64,000 nucleotides of DNA from Eledone cirrhosa (taxonomy: Eukaryota): NCBI GenBank assembly GCA_964016885.1, contig OZ024740.1, positions 151,900,001-151,964,000 on the forward strand, given 5' to 3'. Below the pieces are notes generated by a model, which saw nothing but the letters and a program-made list of their open reading frames with translations, was not told where the DNA came from and ran no database searches. Position 1 is the first letter of the stretch; each line of letters starts with the position of its first letter. Below are positions 42,850-55,596 of this stretch, in pieces. A program made the translations under genes and the position numbers.

Positions 42850-43560
42850 AGAGAATAAAAATGTCCATGTAGCGTGCTGCCAGAGTAAGTGGAACAATTG
42901 GAGAGTTTATTAACATTGTGGGTGGAAAAGCTGAACCAGAAAACCATTCCAATAAGCTAAGCTATCATTTGTGATATGGAAATATCTATTTTTGATAATT
43001 TGAAGGAGGTTAGATATGAAGAATTTACAGGCAGTAAGTTTTGGACGAGATTTTGTATTTTTAATATACCTGGTGAGGCAGCAAGTGCAGCTATTGAAGC
43101 TGCTAAATCATTTCCTGAAGAATTTCAAACCATTATGCAAATTGATGAATATTCTGAAAATGTTATTTTCAATGAAGATGAGATAGGGTTGCATTTAAGG
43201 TATGGATTTTGGGAATACCTTCAAGAAACGTTAAAGCCTGCAGCATAATTTAAAGTTGTCAATGAATACTATTTGGTGGTAATGATTTAGAAAGCCAATC
43301 TTAACACCACTCCAATGTTACAATGGCTTGTTTATTGGAAGTTGAATAAGAATGCTTGTGTCACACAGAAATTGTTTAATCATTTTTACACAATTGTGTC
43401 GAACTTCTACATTGAAAACGATTTACCATCCAAAGCTATTTTTCTGTTAGAGAAAGGTACTGTTTTCCAAATATGTATGAAGTTCAAAGGGAGCTTAAGG
43501 TAAACGTAGTGAAAATGCTTCCAAATACAACAATGATGGTACAGGCGTAATATAAACTTT
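42850..43560 (+). pseudogene. Tigger/pogo-like DDE transposase fossil
   Basis: EQLESLLTLWVEKLNQKTIPIS (CENP-B HTH-like) and GEAASAAIEAAKSFPEEFQTIM..YSENVIFNEDEIGL (compare IFNxDETGL); many stops. Confidence 0.75.
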
Positions 43561-44671
43561 AAAGGTGTAAAATCTGCAGGAATGTTTAGAAGAAAATGGT
43601 CAACGTATCAGACACAAATACTGTTATTATTGTAAATGATTATTGGTGGTTATGTTGCGTTTTAAACTTTGACTGTATGAACTATATGAAAACGACCATA
43701 ACTGGAAGCTAACTGAATTTCTAAATAGTAGTTTAAATATAATCTTAACGCCGAATGAAATTCTTGAGAGGAAAGAGAAAGACAACAAACAATGTTTTAT
43801 ACATATACATCACAGGTTTCGGTTCAGAGTATCATCGTCCGACTTGCATTTGAATGTGGTCATATACATACATACATACATGCATTCATACATACATACA
43901 TACATACATACATACATACATACATACATACATGCATTCATACATACATACATACATACATACATACATACATACATACATACATACATGCATTCATACA
44001 TACATACATACATGCATACATACATACATACATACTTGCATATATATATATGTGCGTGTACGTGTGTGTTTGTGGTACCCGTCTCACACAAGCTGTTGTC
44101 ACTATAAAAGCTTATATGTTGGTACTTTTGTATTTATAAAACTTTGTGGAACCTCAGTTACACGGCAGTCCTTCCGCTACAGCAGATGAGTTATCGCACA
44201 CATCTGTAAGAATGAAAAACCACCATTTCTGTAGCTTCCTTGTCTAAGGGAGCACACAGTATATATAGTTTAGACTGTAGATATCGTAGTTATTTGGTCG
44301 CCTGCGCTGCTCCGTGCCCTCTTGCCGTGACATCAGTGTCTAAGAAATAGAGTTGTGGTGATGCTTTGATTATTTATGTCTATAACAAAGACACGGAAAG
44401 AGGAAGAAGCAGGAAGATTGGTCATACATGGTATCGAGACGACAGCTATCATCGTGTGGCTAAATACATACTATACGTAAATAATGAGATACATAGCAAC
44501 AGGGGCATCTAAATAAAAATTTACAAAACTGTATCTATACATGCATATATTGCTCCATATATATATATAGAACTGCTGGACTGGCAACCTGACAGATACC
44601 TCAGGTACAGATGATGATTATCGCTAAATACTGATGTTAGTTAGATTATCAATATTAGTATTATTGGGGCA

Positions 44672-44798
44672 CCCACTGATGAATTATAGGAGCCCACTTG
44701 AATATATATCTATTGATGGTATACAAGCTCCTACATAAATTGGTATAATTTCACCCAATTTGTAGGAATCCTATAATGAAACGAGACGTCCGTCTGGG
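44672..44798 (+). ncRNA. Type I hammerhead ribozyme, family C, with branched 77-nt helix II insert
   Basis: ccca-CTGATGA-attatagga-(77 nt)-tcctataat-GAAA-cgagacgtcc-GTC-tggg; predicted cleavage after 44794. Confidence 0.85.
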
Positions 44799-45588
44799 AA
44801 GAGATATATTAGATATTTCTCATATGAAATAATACAGCCAATTTTCCACGCAATACTTTTAGTTAGCACCCCGAACGCATAATTGGGAATATAATCACTT
44901 ATTTCCTAATGTTTGTTGAGTGAGTTGGAATTTGGCCGGAGTATCGCTAAAAAGCTTTCTCCGATATTGTATTTATTTATTTACTCTTGGCGCAGCAGAA
45001 TTGAAATTTTCCCGGTATAAGGTTAGAATTTCTTTGTTTATTTTTTATATATGAATATTGATTGTTCCTTATATCTCATTCTGGTATTTTGCCCGAGAAA
45101 ATATCTGTGTGTGTCACCAAATGTTGTACACACATAGATATTTTTTCAATTTCCAATTAAGTTCTTAGCACGTGGCCTGAAGAAAGAAGAAAGAATGAGA
45201 AATAAGCTAGATTAAGGGGACGGGTGGGTTGGAATTATATATATAAATATATATGTGTGTGTGTATATATTATATTTGTTTGTCATCTACGATTATATTC
45301 ATCTTCATCAAAATTCTGATTTGACCTACAACATATGTTGCTCTGTATTCATTTATTTTAACTACAATTGTTATCCACCATATGTATTTATTTTTTTTAA
45401 TTATTGCTTCCTTTCTTATATACGTATCCCTCTGTTTGGCTGCCCTCCTTTCTCCTTCTTTGTATGTGATAATTCCGGGTCTTTTCCCCTATCACAGGTT
45501 TCAAAGTTGGTTCAACAAACGAAATGTGGGTTCCTGTTAACTTGTGATGTCTTCGATGTAGTACTGCTCTTATGACAGTATATACATG

Positions 45589-45650
<62 letters not shown>

Positions 45651-45753
45651 CGTGTGTACATATATATATGAGTTTGTGCATATGTTTATACGTGTGTAAA
45701 TGTGGATTGATATTTTATATGCATATACATACACACACCACACATATATACAT

Positions 45754-45794
<41 letters not shown>

Positions 45795-47031
45795 CACAAA
45801 CATATATATATAACTAGTCCTAGTCACGCAGTTACTTCGCTCTACTCTTTCTCTTCTCTTCAGTCTCCACCTTCACCCTACTTATTACTATGTCCGTCCA
45901 TTACAATAAACACAAGACGAAAGTGCGTAAATAAAATCACCCTTGATGCAAGATTCGCTAAAAGCAGACCTGCTTTATGGTATGTCGTAAATCCTACTTG
46001 TATACGTATTACTGCTTTATTGAGCTGACGACATTCTTTTTGCAAGTCGCTAGCAGTGTTAATAATGTTTGTTATGGTACTTTGGTACAAGCTTTCACAT
46101 AGGAACAGATGAGATATGATGATGATGATGATGATGATGATGGTTGTGGTGGTGGTTGTGGTGGTGGTGCTGGTGGTGGTGGTAGTGATGGTGATGATGA
46201 AGGAGATCTCACCGCGGAGGTTGTCTGTCAGGGCTTGTGTGTGTGTGTGTTAGTTTGTGTATGTATATGTATATGTATATGTTTGTGAGGCGTATTGAGT
46301 CGATTTGGCTGAGTCTTTGAAGCATCTGATATTTCTTCCCGGTCTCGGCGGTCTCTTGTTCAAATCTTTGCCTTTCATTCTTTCTAGTTCGATAAAAGAA
46401 AGTTGCAACTCATTGCTTGTTCGGCCCTCTCTCCTTCCCTCCAGCTGTCCCATCATGGATGTTCCGCTGGATAAAGCAAAGGATGGCGTCCTTGTTTGCC
46501 TGCGACCACAGGGGCACATTAAACACTTTGAGTAAGGATAGTACATACTACCAAGACATACACGATTGTGAGTGTCAGCTGTAGAAGCTGGTGGAGCTGG
46601 TTGTGGTTATGAATATAATGACTTACTTCGTTTATATCGCTTATCACTTAAATAAACTGAAATATATTGGACTCCTCCAGTAGCTACCAATTTTACCCTG
46701 CTGCCATCTGGAAAAAGAGAGGAAATCTATAAATCACGTTTTGCTATGTAATATATCGCGGTTGCTATGTAATATATAATATAATATTGTGCTATGTGAT
46801 CCAGAAATGTGCGTGGCATAGCTATTTGTTCATATGTGCATATATGTGTGTCAATGGGTGTATATGTGTGCACCTATGTGCGTAGTTGTGTGCACCTGTG
46901 TATCTATGAGTGGATTACGTAAAAAAATCTACTAGCTAGTTGTTTCTCCACTTCGCTCACATTTTTGTCTTACACTCACTCCTTTCTCTCTCCCACACTC
47001 TTTCTCTCTATATATACATTCTATATACATA

Positions 47032-47137
<106 letters not shown>

Positions 47138-47584
47138 TGTGTGTATGTATAAAATATAAATTATCCCTAGAGATGGAAAAAATGGACAGAGATGTATGCC
47201 CACACACACACGCATATATACATATATGTGTGGGTGTGGGTGTGTATGTGCGTGTGTGAGTTTGACTGTCTGTACGAATATTAAAGATAAGAATGTGTTA
47301 AAGTTGATTTTTTTATTAAGAATATTCCATATTTCATTTTAGTCATTTATGTTTAGTTTGGAACAATAGCATTTCTAAATTCTTTAGACATCTTGAACTC
47401 CTCATCAAAATAAAATGACGTAGCTTTGACGTAGTGTTCATGAATGCTGCAACAGGTCACAAAGGATCATGAAAATAACGATAAAATCTTAATTGCCAGG
47501 TATTAAAATGATCAACCGCCAACAATTGTTTGAAAGAAAAAAAACCTTTCCTATTCACACACACACACGCTCGCAATAACAGCA

Positions 47585-47997
47585 GATCTGGAGAAAAAGA
47601 GTACAGACTATGGAGATGAGATGCTTCAGAAAATCTCCTCGACGTCATTTACAGAGACCGTATCTCCAATGAAGAGGTGCGAAAAAGAATTTGGCACGCC
47701 ATCGGGCCCTACGAAGACTAGTTGACCATTGTAAAAAAACGCAAATTGAGATGGAACGGAGACGTAAGACCTTCAGAGCTTGTCAAGATTGTACTGCAGG
47801 AAACAGTACAAGTAGGAAGGAAGAAAGGTAGACAGCGAAGGAGATGGGAGGACAAGAGCCCGGAATGGACAGGCATAAGGCTGGGTGCAACCATGAGGAT
47901 GGCGGAGAGGCGAGAGGAATGGAAGGAGTTGGTTACCAGGTCATCTGTGGCGCCTTAACGGTGCACCAGACTACGGGAGAGATAGGATAAGATAAGA
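47585..47997 (+). mobile_element. RTE-clade LINE 3' end
   Basis: EMRCFRNLLDVIYRDRISNEEVRKR..KRKLRWNG..GRKKGRQRRRWED..REEWKELV, stop codon, then a short (GATAA)n tail. Confidence 0.85.
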
Positions 47998-48150
47998 TAT
48001 ATATATGATCTTACCCTATAAGTTTAAAGAAAAACCTTTTTCTAAACTTTTTTTCTAAATTACCTGCCCCTGCGTAAACTCTTATGCTATGTTCCTATAA
48101 GGAAAGCACAATCAACCCTAGGTGGTCATCTTTGTTTTTATTTGTCTCAT

Positions 48151-48202
48151 GACAGGCTGAATGAATTGGGGCCCAGAACCCAACGAAAATTGAGTACCTG
48201 TT
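48151..48202 (+). ncRNA. Degenerate hammerhead-like motif
   Basis: gacagg-CTGAATGA-a-ttggg-gcccagaa-cccaa-c-GAAA-attga-GTA-cctgtt; 1-nt core insertion and weak helix III. Confidence 0.45.
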
Positions 48203-48290
48203 TATGTCACTGTTGTAATTATTTATACTAAACTCGTCCAATGGACTGAGTGCCCTTACTCTTGGATATATCCAGTTAACGTTTACTTCA

Positions 48291-48349
<59 letters not shown>

Positions 48350-48361
48350 GGAACAAGTAAG

Positions 48362-48455
48362 ACCCCGACGGCTGAGCTCAAGCCGTTTCGACGGCTAATT
48401 CTGTACTGAATGAAAATTTATTCTGGTATTTAAATAGCCGAACTTATCAAGGGGT
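48362..48455 (-). ncRNA. Hammerhead ribozyme with U3-A8 covariant core (family D pLTR)
   Basis: Minus: acccc-TTGATAA-gttcggcta..tagccgtc-GAA-ACGGCT-tgagctc-AGCCGT-C-ggggt. Confidence 0.75.
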
Positions 48456-48850
48456 AATTCCATATATGGTCAAAGAGATAATCACCAGGATTGGTCACAT
48501 CACAAGTTAGTAGTAAATCTGTGATGGCAAGTTGGTGGGGGGAGGGGTAGCTAAGCCTGCCGGTAGGAGAAAAAGGGAGAGGGGGTGGAGTAGACCCATT
48601 CATGCGTTGGTAGTGCCAGCTACAGCTGGGTGTGAGGTCAAAGAGGATACTGGGGAGGGGGAGGGGGTCGAAACGGTAAGTAGAACAATTGAAGGTAAAA
48701 CTATAAAAGGTACTGAGAGAGAAAAAAAAAATAAGCCAAACCTGGTTACTAAGACTTAAGTCTCTCGCTATTGCTAGGCTAAAGAAATACATAAATAAAT
48801 AAATAAACAAATAAGTGAATAAAAGAAAAGATAAATAAATTTTTTTTTTT

Positions 48851-48922
<72 letters not shown>

Positions 48923-49716
48923 GTAGAATAAAAAAATAAATAATAATAATAGAAATAAACTAGGTGGGACGGAAATAAAGGGACCCTTATACGAGGTATA
49001 AGTGCGTGTATCGTACGGTGACGGGTCAACAAAGGGGGGGGGGCCCAGAATACTAAATAGACTACCACGAAAATAATAAAGGTTTCTACCCCAAACACAG
49101 GGCCAGCAACCACCCAGTGCAAGAAAGTAAACTAGTACGAGAATATAATTCAGGGTCCCGTAAAAAAGTACTAGTGCTAGCTCTAAGGGTACCGCCACGG
49201 AGCAAAAAGTCTTATACAAGCTACCTGAAAGATCGTACGAAGTAAAAGTAAAGAACGGAAAATTAATACAGGAACACCCCCCCCCCCCTCCCCACCCCCA
49301 CACCCCCCCCCCCCAAAAGGGAAAAAGAAAAAAGAGATACTGGATAAACGAGAAATTAAAGCAAAGATGCCACTAAGAAATATAGAAGGCACGTAAAAAA
49401 GGGACAGCGGTCGGAGAAGGGGGCGAGTATCCGAAGTCTAACACCTCTGCTATAAAAAGCGGAGTCAGCCAAATCTATCATAGAATAGGGGAGGGGGTGG
49501 GGGTGCTGAAACTACAAGGGACCGATGGGCTACCTCGGGTGGGCGAGAAAAAGACGACGACAAAGAAAGGGAACTGGGGTAGAAGGACTAGGGAGGGATG
49601 GGGGGAGGGAGGAAATATAGAAGAAACGATGAAAGAATGTAAAAGATCTTACGTCTCCATAGGCAAGCAGGGGTTACCCATTACAAAATAGGCAAGTGTG
49701 GTGTTATAGCCCTAGT

Positions 49717-51228
49717 CTACCCCCCCCCCGGGTCATTATGGGGTTTGAGGGCGAGGTAAGTCCTACGTAATCGGTGTTTACATGCAGTAACCAGTTCATC
49801 TTTCTTGTTTAGGAGTTGGTCCGTCGAAAACAGCATTTGTAATGTTTCCTCCGAGCATAAATTGCACGGACGGCGTCCTTCCGTGTAAGAGTTGGCTCTG
49901 GACAGTAATTTCCAAGTGAGATCATAGTTGATGCTGTTGTCCTTGAGGTCCCATATGTGGCCCGAAAGTGTAGTGGCGTGACGCCGGGCCGGGTTTCGGA
50001 AGGTATGTCTGTGTTGGTATAGCCGGGTCTTGAAGTCGCATGCGGTTAATCCTATATAAGCTTTGTTGGAGGTGTCCGTGCTCACGTTGCACTGGTAGAT
50101 CACATTACGGTCTCTGCATCTGTTGTCGAGGGGGCAACTGGATCTATCAGGACAGTTGCACCTCCTGGTCGGCTCTCCACTGCTATTTATGTTGCTCCTT
50201 CCATCGGGGTTGAGTTTTTTGTTGTTGGAGGAGACGATGTTTTGTGCGAAGTTAGGTGTAGTGCTGTAAGAGAGTTTGATGGTATTTTTGTTAATTATGT
50301 TGTGGTAGCGGTGTTGTGGTGGGAAGTGTTTTTCAATGAGCCTAAAGAAAATTTTCCCGATGGGAGTTGTCACCTCGGCGTTGTGGGGAGGATTGAACCA
50401 TGTTACATTGCGTGAGCGGCGGTGTCGCCTGCTGGTTCCGCTAATGGGAGCTGGACAGTAGGATATTTCCTCCCGGAAACCACTCCGCTTGAGGGCCTGG
50501 TTGTAGTAAGGCGCATGTTCATCGAATATCTTCTCATTAGCTGACAAACGGGATATACGGAGGGAGATGTTTTTGACCAGGTTGTTGGTGATGTTCCTAG
50601 GATGGTTAGATCGGCGGTGGATGTAGTGCAGGTTGTCATTGGGTTTCCTGTATGGGTAGTACAGGTCATTATTGAGATCGAGGGTAACGTCCAGAAAATT
50701 AACTCGGGTCAGGGACGTTTGTAGGGTTATTTTAAATCCCCAGTCGCGGAAGAAGCTGATTAATTGTTTACGGACCCGATCTGTACTACTGGGGTTGTAC
50801 CCTTTAAGGGTAAGGAGCCCATCATCCCGGTACAATCCACCACCGAAAGCAGGAAACATATCGGTGAGTTTGGCTATAAGGAATAATCCTATAAGATCTG
50901 TGACCTCCGCCGAATCCGTAGCACCCATGCTGACGTCGAAGGGTGAGTCAGGAGCTCTTTTTATCCATTTGGAGTTGTCAATGAGTAAGACTGTCTTCCT
51001 GGCGTGGAGGATGATTTTTCTTTCCTGGTCGGTGATGGGCACAAGTGCTTCGGCGAAGTCCAAGGCGGCAGTAAGTAGCGGTAAGGTGATTGAAGCATAG
51101 TAGCTCTCTATGTCGAACTGGATAAATTTAGTGTCTCGTTTATCCTCCAAATTGCTGAACCATGAGATAACTTCCTGGGTGTTGATCCATAGGCTAAGTC
51201 GGGCGTGTTGCTTGACTTTAGGTATCAC
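49717..51228 (-). CDS. PLE (Naiad-like) reverse transcriptase plus GIY-YIG endonuclease, N-terminally truncated
   Basis: FIQFDIESYYASI, MGATDSAEVTDL, GLYRDDGL, VNFLDVTL, PYRKP..SNHP, CNC..CPL, VIYQC..YIGLT..FKTRLYQH, CNLC..E, LN..CKH. The frame extends up to the inversion junction near 51285. Confidence 0.93.
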   Translation of the reverse strand: MIPKVKQHARLSLWINTQEVISWFSNLEDKRDTKFIQFDIESYYASITLPLLTAALDFAEALVPITDQERKIILHARKTVLLIDNSKWIKRAPDSPFDVSMGATDSAEVTDLIGLFLIAKLTDMFPAFGGGLYRDDGLLTLKGYNPSSTDRVRKQLISFFRDWGFKITLQTSLTRVNFLDVTLDLNNDLYYPYRKPNDNLHYIHRRSNHPRNITNNLVKNISLRISRLSANEKIFDEHAPYYNQALKRSGFREEISYCPAPISGTSRRHRRSRNVTWFNPPHNAEVTTPIGKIFFRLIEKHFPPQHRYHNIINKNTIKLSYSTTPNFAQNIVSSNNKKLNPDGRSNINSSGEPTRRCNCPDRSSCPLDNRCRDRNVIYQCNVSTDTSNKAYIGLTACDFKTRLYQHRHTFRNPARRHATTLSGHIWDLKDNSINYDLTWKLLSRANSYTEGRRPCNLCSEETLQMLFSTDQLLNKKDELVTACKHRLRRTYLALKPHNDPGGG

Positions 51229-51614
51229 GCGGTCTAGGATTTTTTTGCTGATTCTCCCTATGTCGGACTTCGTTGGGTTTATTAGCCTAGCAATAGCGAG
51301 AGACTTAAGTCTTAGTAACCAGATTTTGCTTATTTTTTTTTTCTCTCGCAGTACCTTTTATAGTTTTACCTTCCATTGTTCTACTTACCGTTTCGACCTC
51401 TTCCCCCTCCCCCTCCCCAGTATCCTCTTTGACCTCACACCCAGCTGTAGCTGGCACTACCAACGCATGAATGGGTCTACTCCACCCCCTCTCCCTTTTT
51501 CTCCTACCGGCAGGCTTAGCTACCCCTTCCCCCACCAACTTGCCATCACAGATTTACTACTAACTTGTGATGTGACCAATCCTGGTGATTATCTCTTTGA
51601 CCATATATGGAATT

Positions 51615-51708
51615 ACCCCTTGATAAGTTCGGCTATTTAAATACCAGAATAAATGTTCATTCAGTACAGAATTCGCCGTCGAAACGGCTTGAGCTCAGCC
51701 GTCGGGGT
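51615..51708 (+). ncRNA. Hammerhead ribozyme with U3-A8 core (inverted pLTR copy)
   Basis: acccc 51615-19, TTGATAA 51620-26, GAAA 51681-84, GTC 51701-03, ggggt 51704-08. Confidence 0.72.
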
Positions 51709-51799
51709 CTTACTTGTTCCTATTACCCACTCTACTACCCTAAGTATTGAGTACTTTGGTGCGTTATGGTCCACCTGGTTCCTTACCACATTTCCTTCG

Positions 51800-51871
<72 letters not shown>

Positions 51872-51928
51872 ATAATAATAAATTTTAAGACTAAAATCCA
51901 AAGAGGGCTCGATAAGGATAAATATATA

Positions 51929-52600
51929 TTCCGCCACTTCTTCCTCACCAGAATGAAATTAATCTGAGACTTGGACAGGTGCATTTCAGAGATGTAGGTC
52001 CACATCTTCCCCGGATTCTTCCTAAACGTTACGTTGGTTGCCATCAGGTTCGCCTCCAGTAGGGTGTCCCTCAGTAGTCTCCCATTCCGGTTGGTGTTGT
52101 TATGGAAGTACCAGCAAGGATCTTCCCCGCTGTTCCTACTCAGATGTGCATTGAAGTCACCCAGAACAAGCAGGACGTTATGAACTGGTGTGGTGTTGAC
52201 ATCTCTACACACTTCCTCATGGAATTCCTCTCTACTCACATCACTGTCCCCCTCGGTTGAACTATAGGCTGAGATGACTGTCAGCCTTGTGTTTCCATTG
52301 AAGGTAACCCTCAACACTCACTGGGAGACAGGTATGATTTCCCTCACTAATAGATTGGCTCTTGCACTGAACCCCAAACCCTACACCTCCTACTGCAGCA
52401 TTAGTTGTGTTCCCCATTGCTGATGTGGTGTTGACCTGGCTACTCTTTCTAATCATCACTCTCTTCACAGACTCATCCTGTGTTCGTGGATCGCAACTAT
52501 ATGCATACCACTCTCCTCCAACAAATGACCCAACTCCTCTCTCTTCTCCAACGTCCGAAAAGTCCTCACATTCAGAGTGCTGATTTTAATGGCTCTTCTG
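51929..52600 (-). mobile_element. LINE APE endonuclease fragment (RTE-like), frameshifted
   Basis: GGVGF..RVTFNGNTRLTVISAYSST..LVLGDFNAHL..NRNGRLL..WTY..SQINFILVRKKWR; cut off by a family B pLTR fragment (51870-51928). Confidence 0.85.
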
Positions 52601-53279
52601 CAGGACAAAACTGTATTCTTTATATTTGTCTCAGTGACAGCGGATATATACGAGTATATATTTTGAAAATAGAATTAGAAGCTTCCACTGAAAATTGACT
52701 ATAGAAAATAGTCTAATATTAGGGTATAGGAAGTTTCATAACGACCTTAGTTTGCATGGAAATCAAATCCACAATTCCTGTTTTCCCCAAAACAAGAGGT
52801 GTGGGTTCGTTCCCTACACATGCTAATGCCTATTATTACCGTTATGAACTTTATTTCCAGCCACTGCGAAGGCTTGTCATCGTGAACGCTGCCGCTACCA
52901 TCGCCATCACAGTAAGCCCAGTTAAAGCCAACAACACTACCACCACCATCATCACCGCCACCACCACCTGCAACACCACTACAGCAAGGAAAAAACATTG
53001 ATACAAATAAAGGCAACACAATAAATAAAAACAACACCAGCGACAATGACAGCAGTGACAAAAGCTACAGCAACAACAAGGAAACCAATGAAGAAATAAC
53101 AACACCAACAACAGTAAAACAACAAAAACTGCTTTCAGACATTGCAAATACAAATAGAAAATAAATGTTTCTATTAACACTGGAAAACACAAATTCTGAA
53201 TTGGCTTAAACCAAAAAGATAATAAAATGTGAAGGCAGGTGGCAGGTTCGGTTTGCCGTGTCTGCAGGAACACACTTTT

Positions 53280-54200
53280 TTCTGCCCCTTTTGCTACTAT
53301 TTCAGAGAACGTGAGGCCGCCTGTGAGACGTGGGACCGGCTGGGACTTAGCACAGTAGACGTCCCTCCTCTTTCTCCCCCTGTTGACGTCAAGTTCCCTC
53401 AACGCACTTGGGATGCCATCCAGTGCAGCCTGGCCTCAGACAGGCTCACGCGCCAGCTCGACCAGCACCGCCTTGCTTGTTTTCGTGCGGCCTCCAAAAC
53501 CCCACAGTGGTGCCTGACTCCATGCTCTGCCCTCCTTCTCCACTGGCACGCAGCTAGACAACCATAGCCTGCGAAACGGCGTTTCCCTGAGGCTCGGCCT
53601 CCGGATCTGCCAGCCACACCAATGTTGCTGCGGTTCCACCGTGGAGACTTTCGGCCTCCCCCCGCTTTCCTGTCGCCACAGTGCCCGCCGCATTCCACGC
53701 CATACTGCCCTCAACGAGGTCATTAAGCATAGCTTGGACGCTGCAGGCTTCCCTTCCCAGCTCGAGCCAGTGGGGCTGGATCGAGGGGACGGCAAAAGGC
53801 CAGATGGCATGACCATCTTCCCGTTCCGCGGTGGCAAACCCCTCGTCTGGGATGCCACTTGCATCGACACTTTCTGCAGCCGCAACCTGAGGCAGTCTGC
53901 GACTGACCCAGGTTCTGCTGCACGTCGGGCTGAGGGGGCCAAACTCCTCGAATACCGGTCGCTCTCCGACAGGTTTGCGGTCGTTCCCCTGGCAGTGGAA
54001 ACTTCTGGTGTCCTCGGCCCCAGGGCTACCTCCTTACTCACCACCATAGGCGCTGAGCAGGCCAGCCGTAGGTGTGAGCCCCGCGAGTTGGAGTGGCTTT
54101 TTCAGGACGTCTCCCTTGCCGTCCTCCAGGGAAACGCCTTCTCCATTCACTCCGCCGCGGCTGTGGGTGGTCCCCATCGCGTACCATTACATTAGTTAAA
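53280..54200 (+). mobile_element. CRE-like non-LTR retrotransposon 3' fragment (zinc finger plus restriction-like endonuclease)
   Basis: LSCRHS..RHTALNEVI..EPVGLDRGDGKRPDGMTIFPF..KPLVWDATCIDT..VPLAVETSGVLGP..SLAVLQGNA; GC-rich island. Confidence 0.85.
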
Positions 54201-55389
54201 TACCATTCTTTCATCTCATACATACGAAAAAGGTTCTGTTTAGAAATTTGCTATTTAGTTGGATAGAATTATACTTGTAATTGTTTGCAACGCTCAATGA
54301 AAAAGCAATTTGATTTCAAAGAATTAATAATTAATTTGACAGAAAATTGAATTTTCATGCTTAGTAGTCTAGTTGTCTAATCGACGGAACTGCCTACTCA
54401 TTAAATTAACGTGTAAATGGATGAGTATTCACAATGCACTTGCACCCTTAACGCAATTCTCAAAGATTCATGGTGATACAGTGTAACAAGGCTGGCTCTT
54501 TGAGATACAAGTAACGTTCATCCCGCAAGTTGGGAAACATTCCGTCTATTCAGTTTCACTCACAAAGCATGGATTAACCTGAATGATAGTTACCTAAGAT
54601 CTCACGCTGTAGGATCAAAACCTAGACCTAATGATTGCAGCGCGAACTTCTTAACAATTTGGTCATGTTATTGTCATATTTTCGCTAAAAATAAAAGTGG
54701 TTATAGATATAATAGGTTTTATTCTAATTCTGTTGATTTGCAGCCAGACGGTTGATGTAGGGCTAGGGGTAGTTATGTAGCTTTGTCAGGAGAGTAGTGG
54801 ACCACTGCTTTTTCAGTTCTGAATCTAATTTTTGTGTGGTCACTTTAAATTTTGTGTCAAGCACTACATACGGTTACGTAATAAAAGGTATAAAGCACAC
54901 ATAAAATAGTAATAGCCATTACAAATGCTTTTTCAGACTCAGTGAATGTCAAACACTGGGTCAGAGAATTGGGCCGTTCTCAAATTTCTTTAAAATAAAA
55001 CCTCAGTAGGAGAAAGTTATTCGTGAGCAATTGAATAATTGTGTGTGTGTATGTGTGTGTGTGTGTATGTGTGCGTGTGCCTGTGTGTATGTATGGGTGG
55101 GTGCGTGCGTGTGCCTGTGTGTGTGTATGTGTGTGTGTGAAAGATAACGAGATTACGCATATAGCATATGTTTATGCAACATATATTTAAAATATTTAAA
55201 GTCTTGTGATATCTCTGTAAGGTGTTTATTATAAATCTTAATTAGGTCTATGTATGTCTATATAGTATACCAAAATAGTATGTAGGTGTCTAAACGTTGC
55301 ACGTGTAATATAGTTATTCTCTGTCTAACTTGTGTTTGCATTTTTCCAACTCTCTCTCTCTCTCTTTATCTTTCGACATGCGCGCACGC

Positions 55390-55471
<82 letters not shown>

Positions 55472-55509
55472 ACACATACTCACACACACACATACACACA
55501 CACACACAG

Positions 55510-55591
<82 letters not shown>

Positions 55592-55596
<5 letters not shown>

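Larger units (their letters stand above)
48347..51803 (-). mobile_element. PLE family D, 5'-truncated, with 3' pLTR (48347-48782) and inverted pLTR (51282-51803), inserted in (TA)n
   Basis: The two pLTR copies are reverse complements of each other and bracket the RT-EN ORF and 3' UTR. Confidence 0.95.

Noticed and set aside
49717-51228. Selenocysteine recoding as reported for some Naiad PLEs
   Set aside because: The conserved Cys positions in the EN regions here are ordinary Cys codons, with no in-frame TGA in the intact frames.
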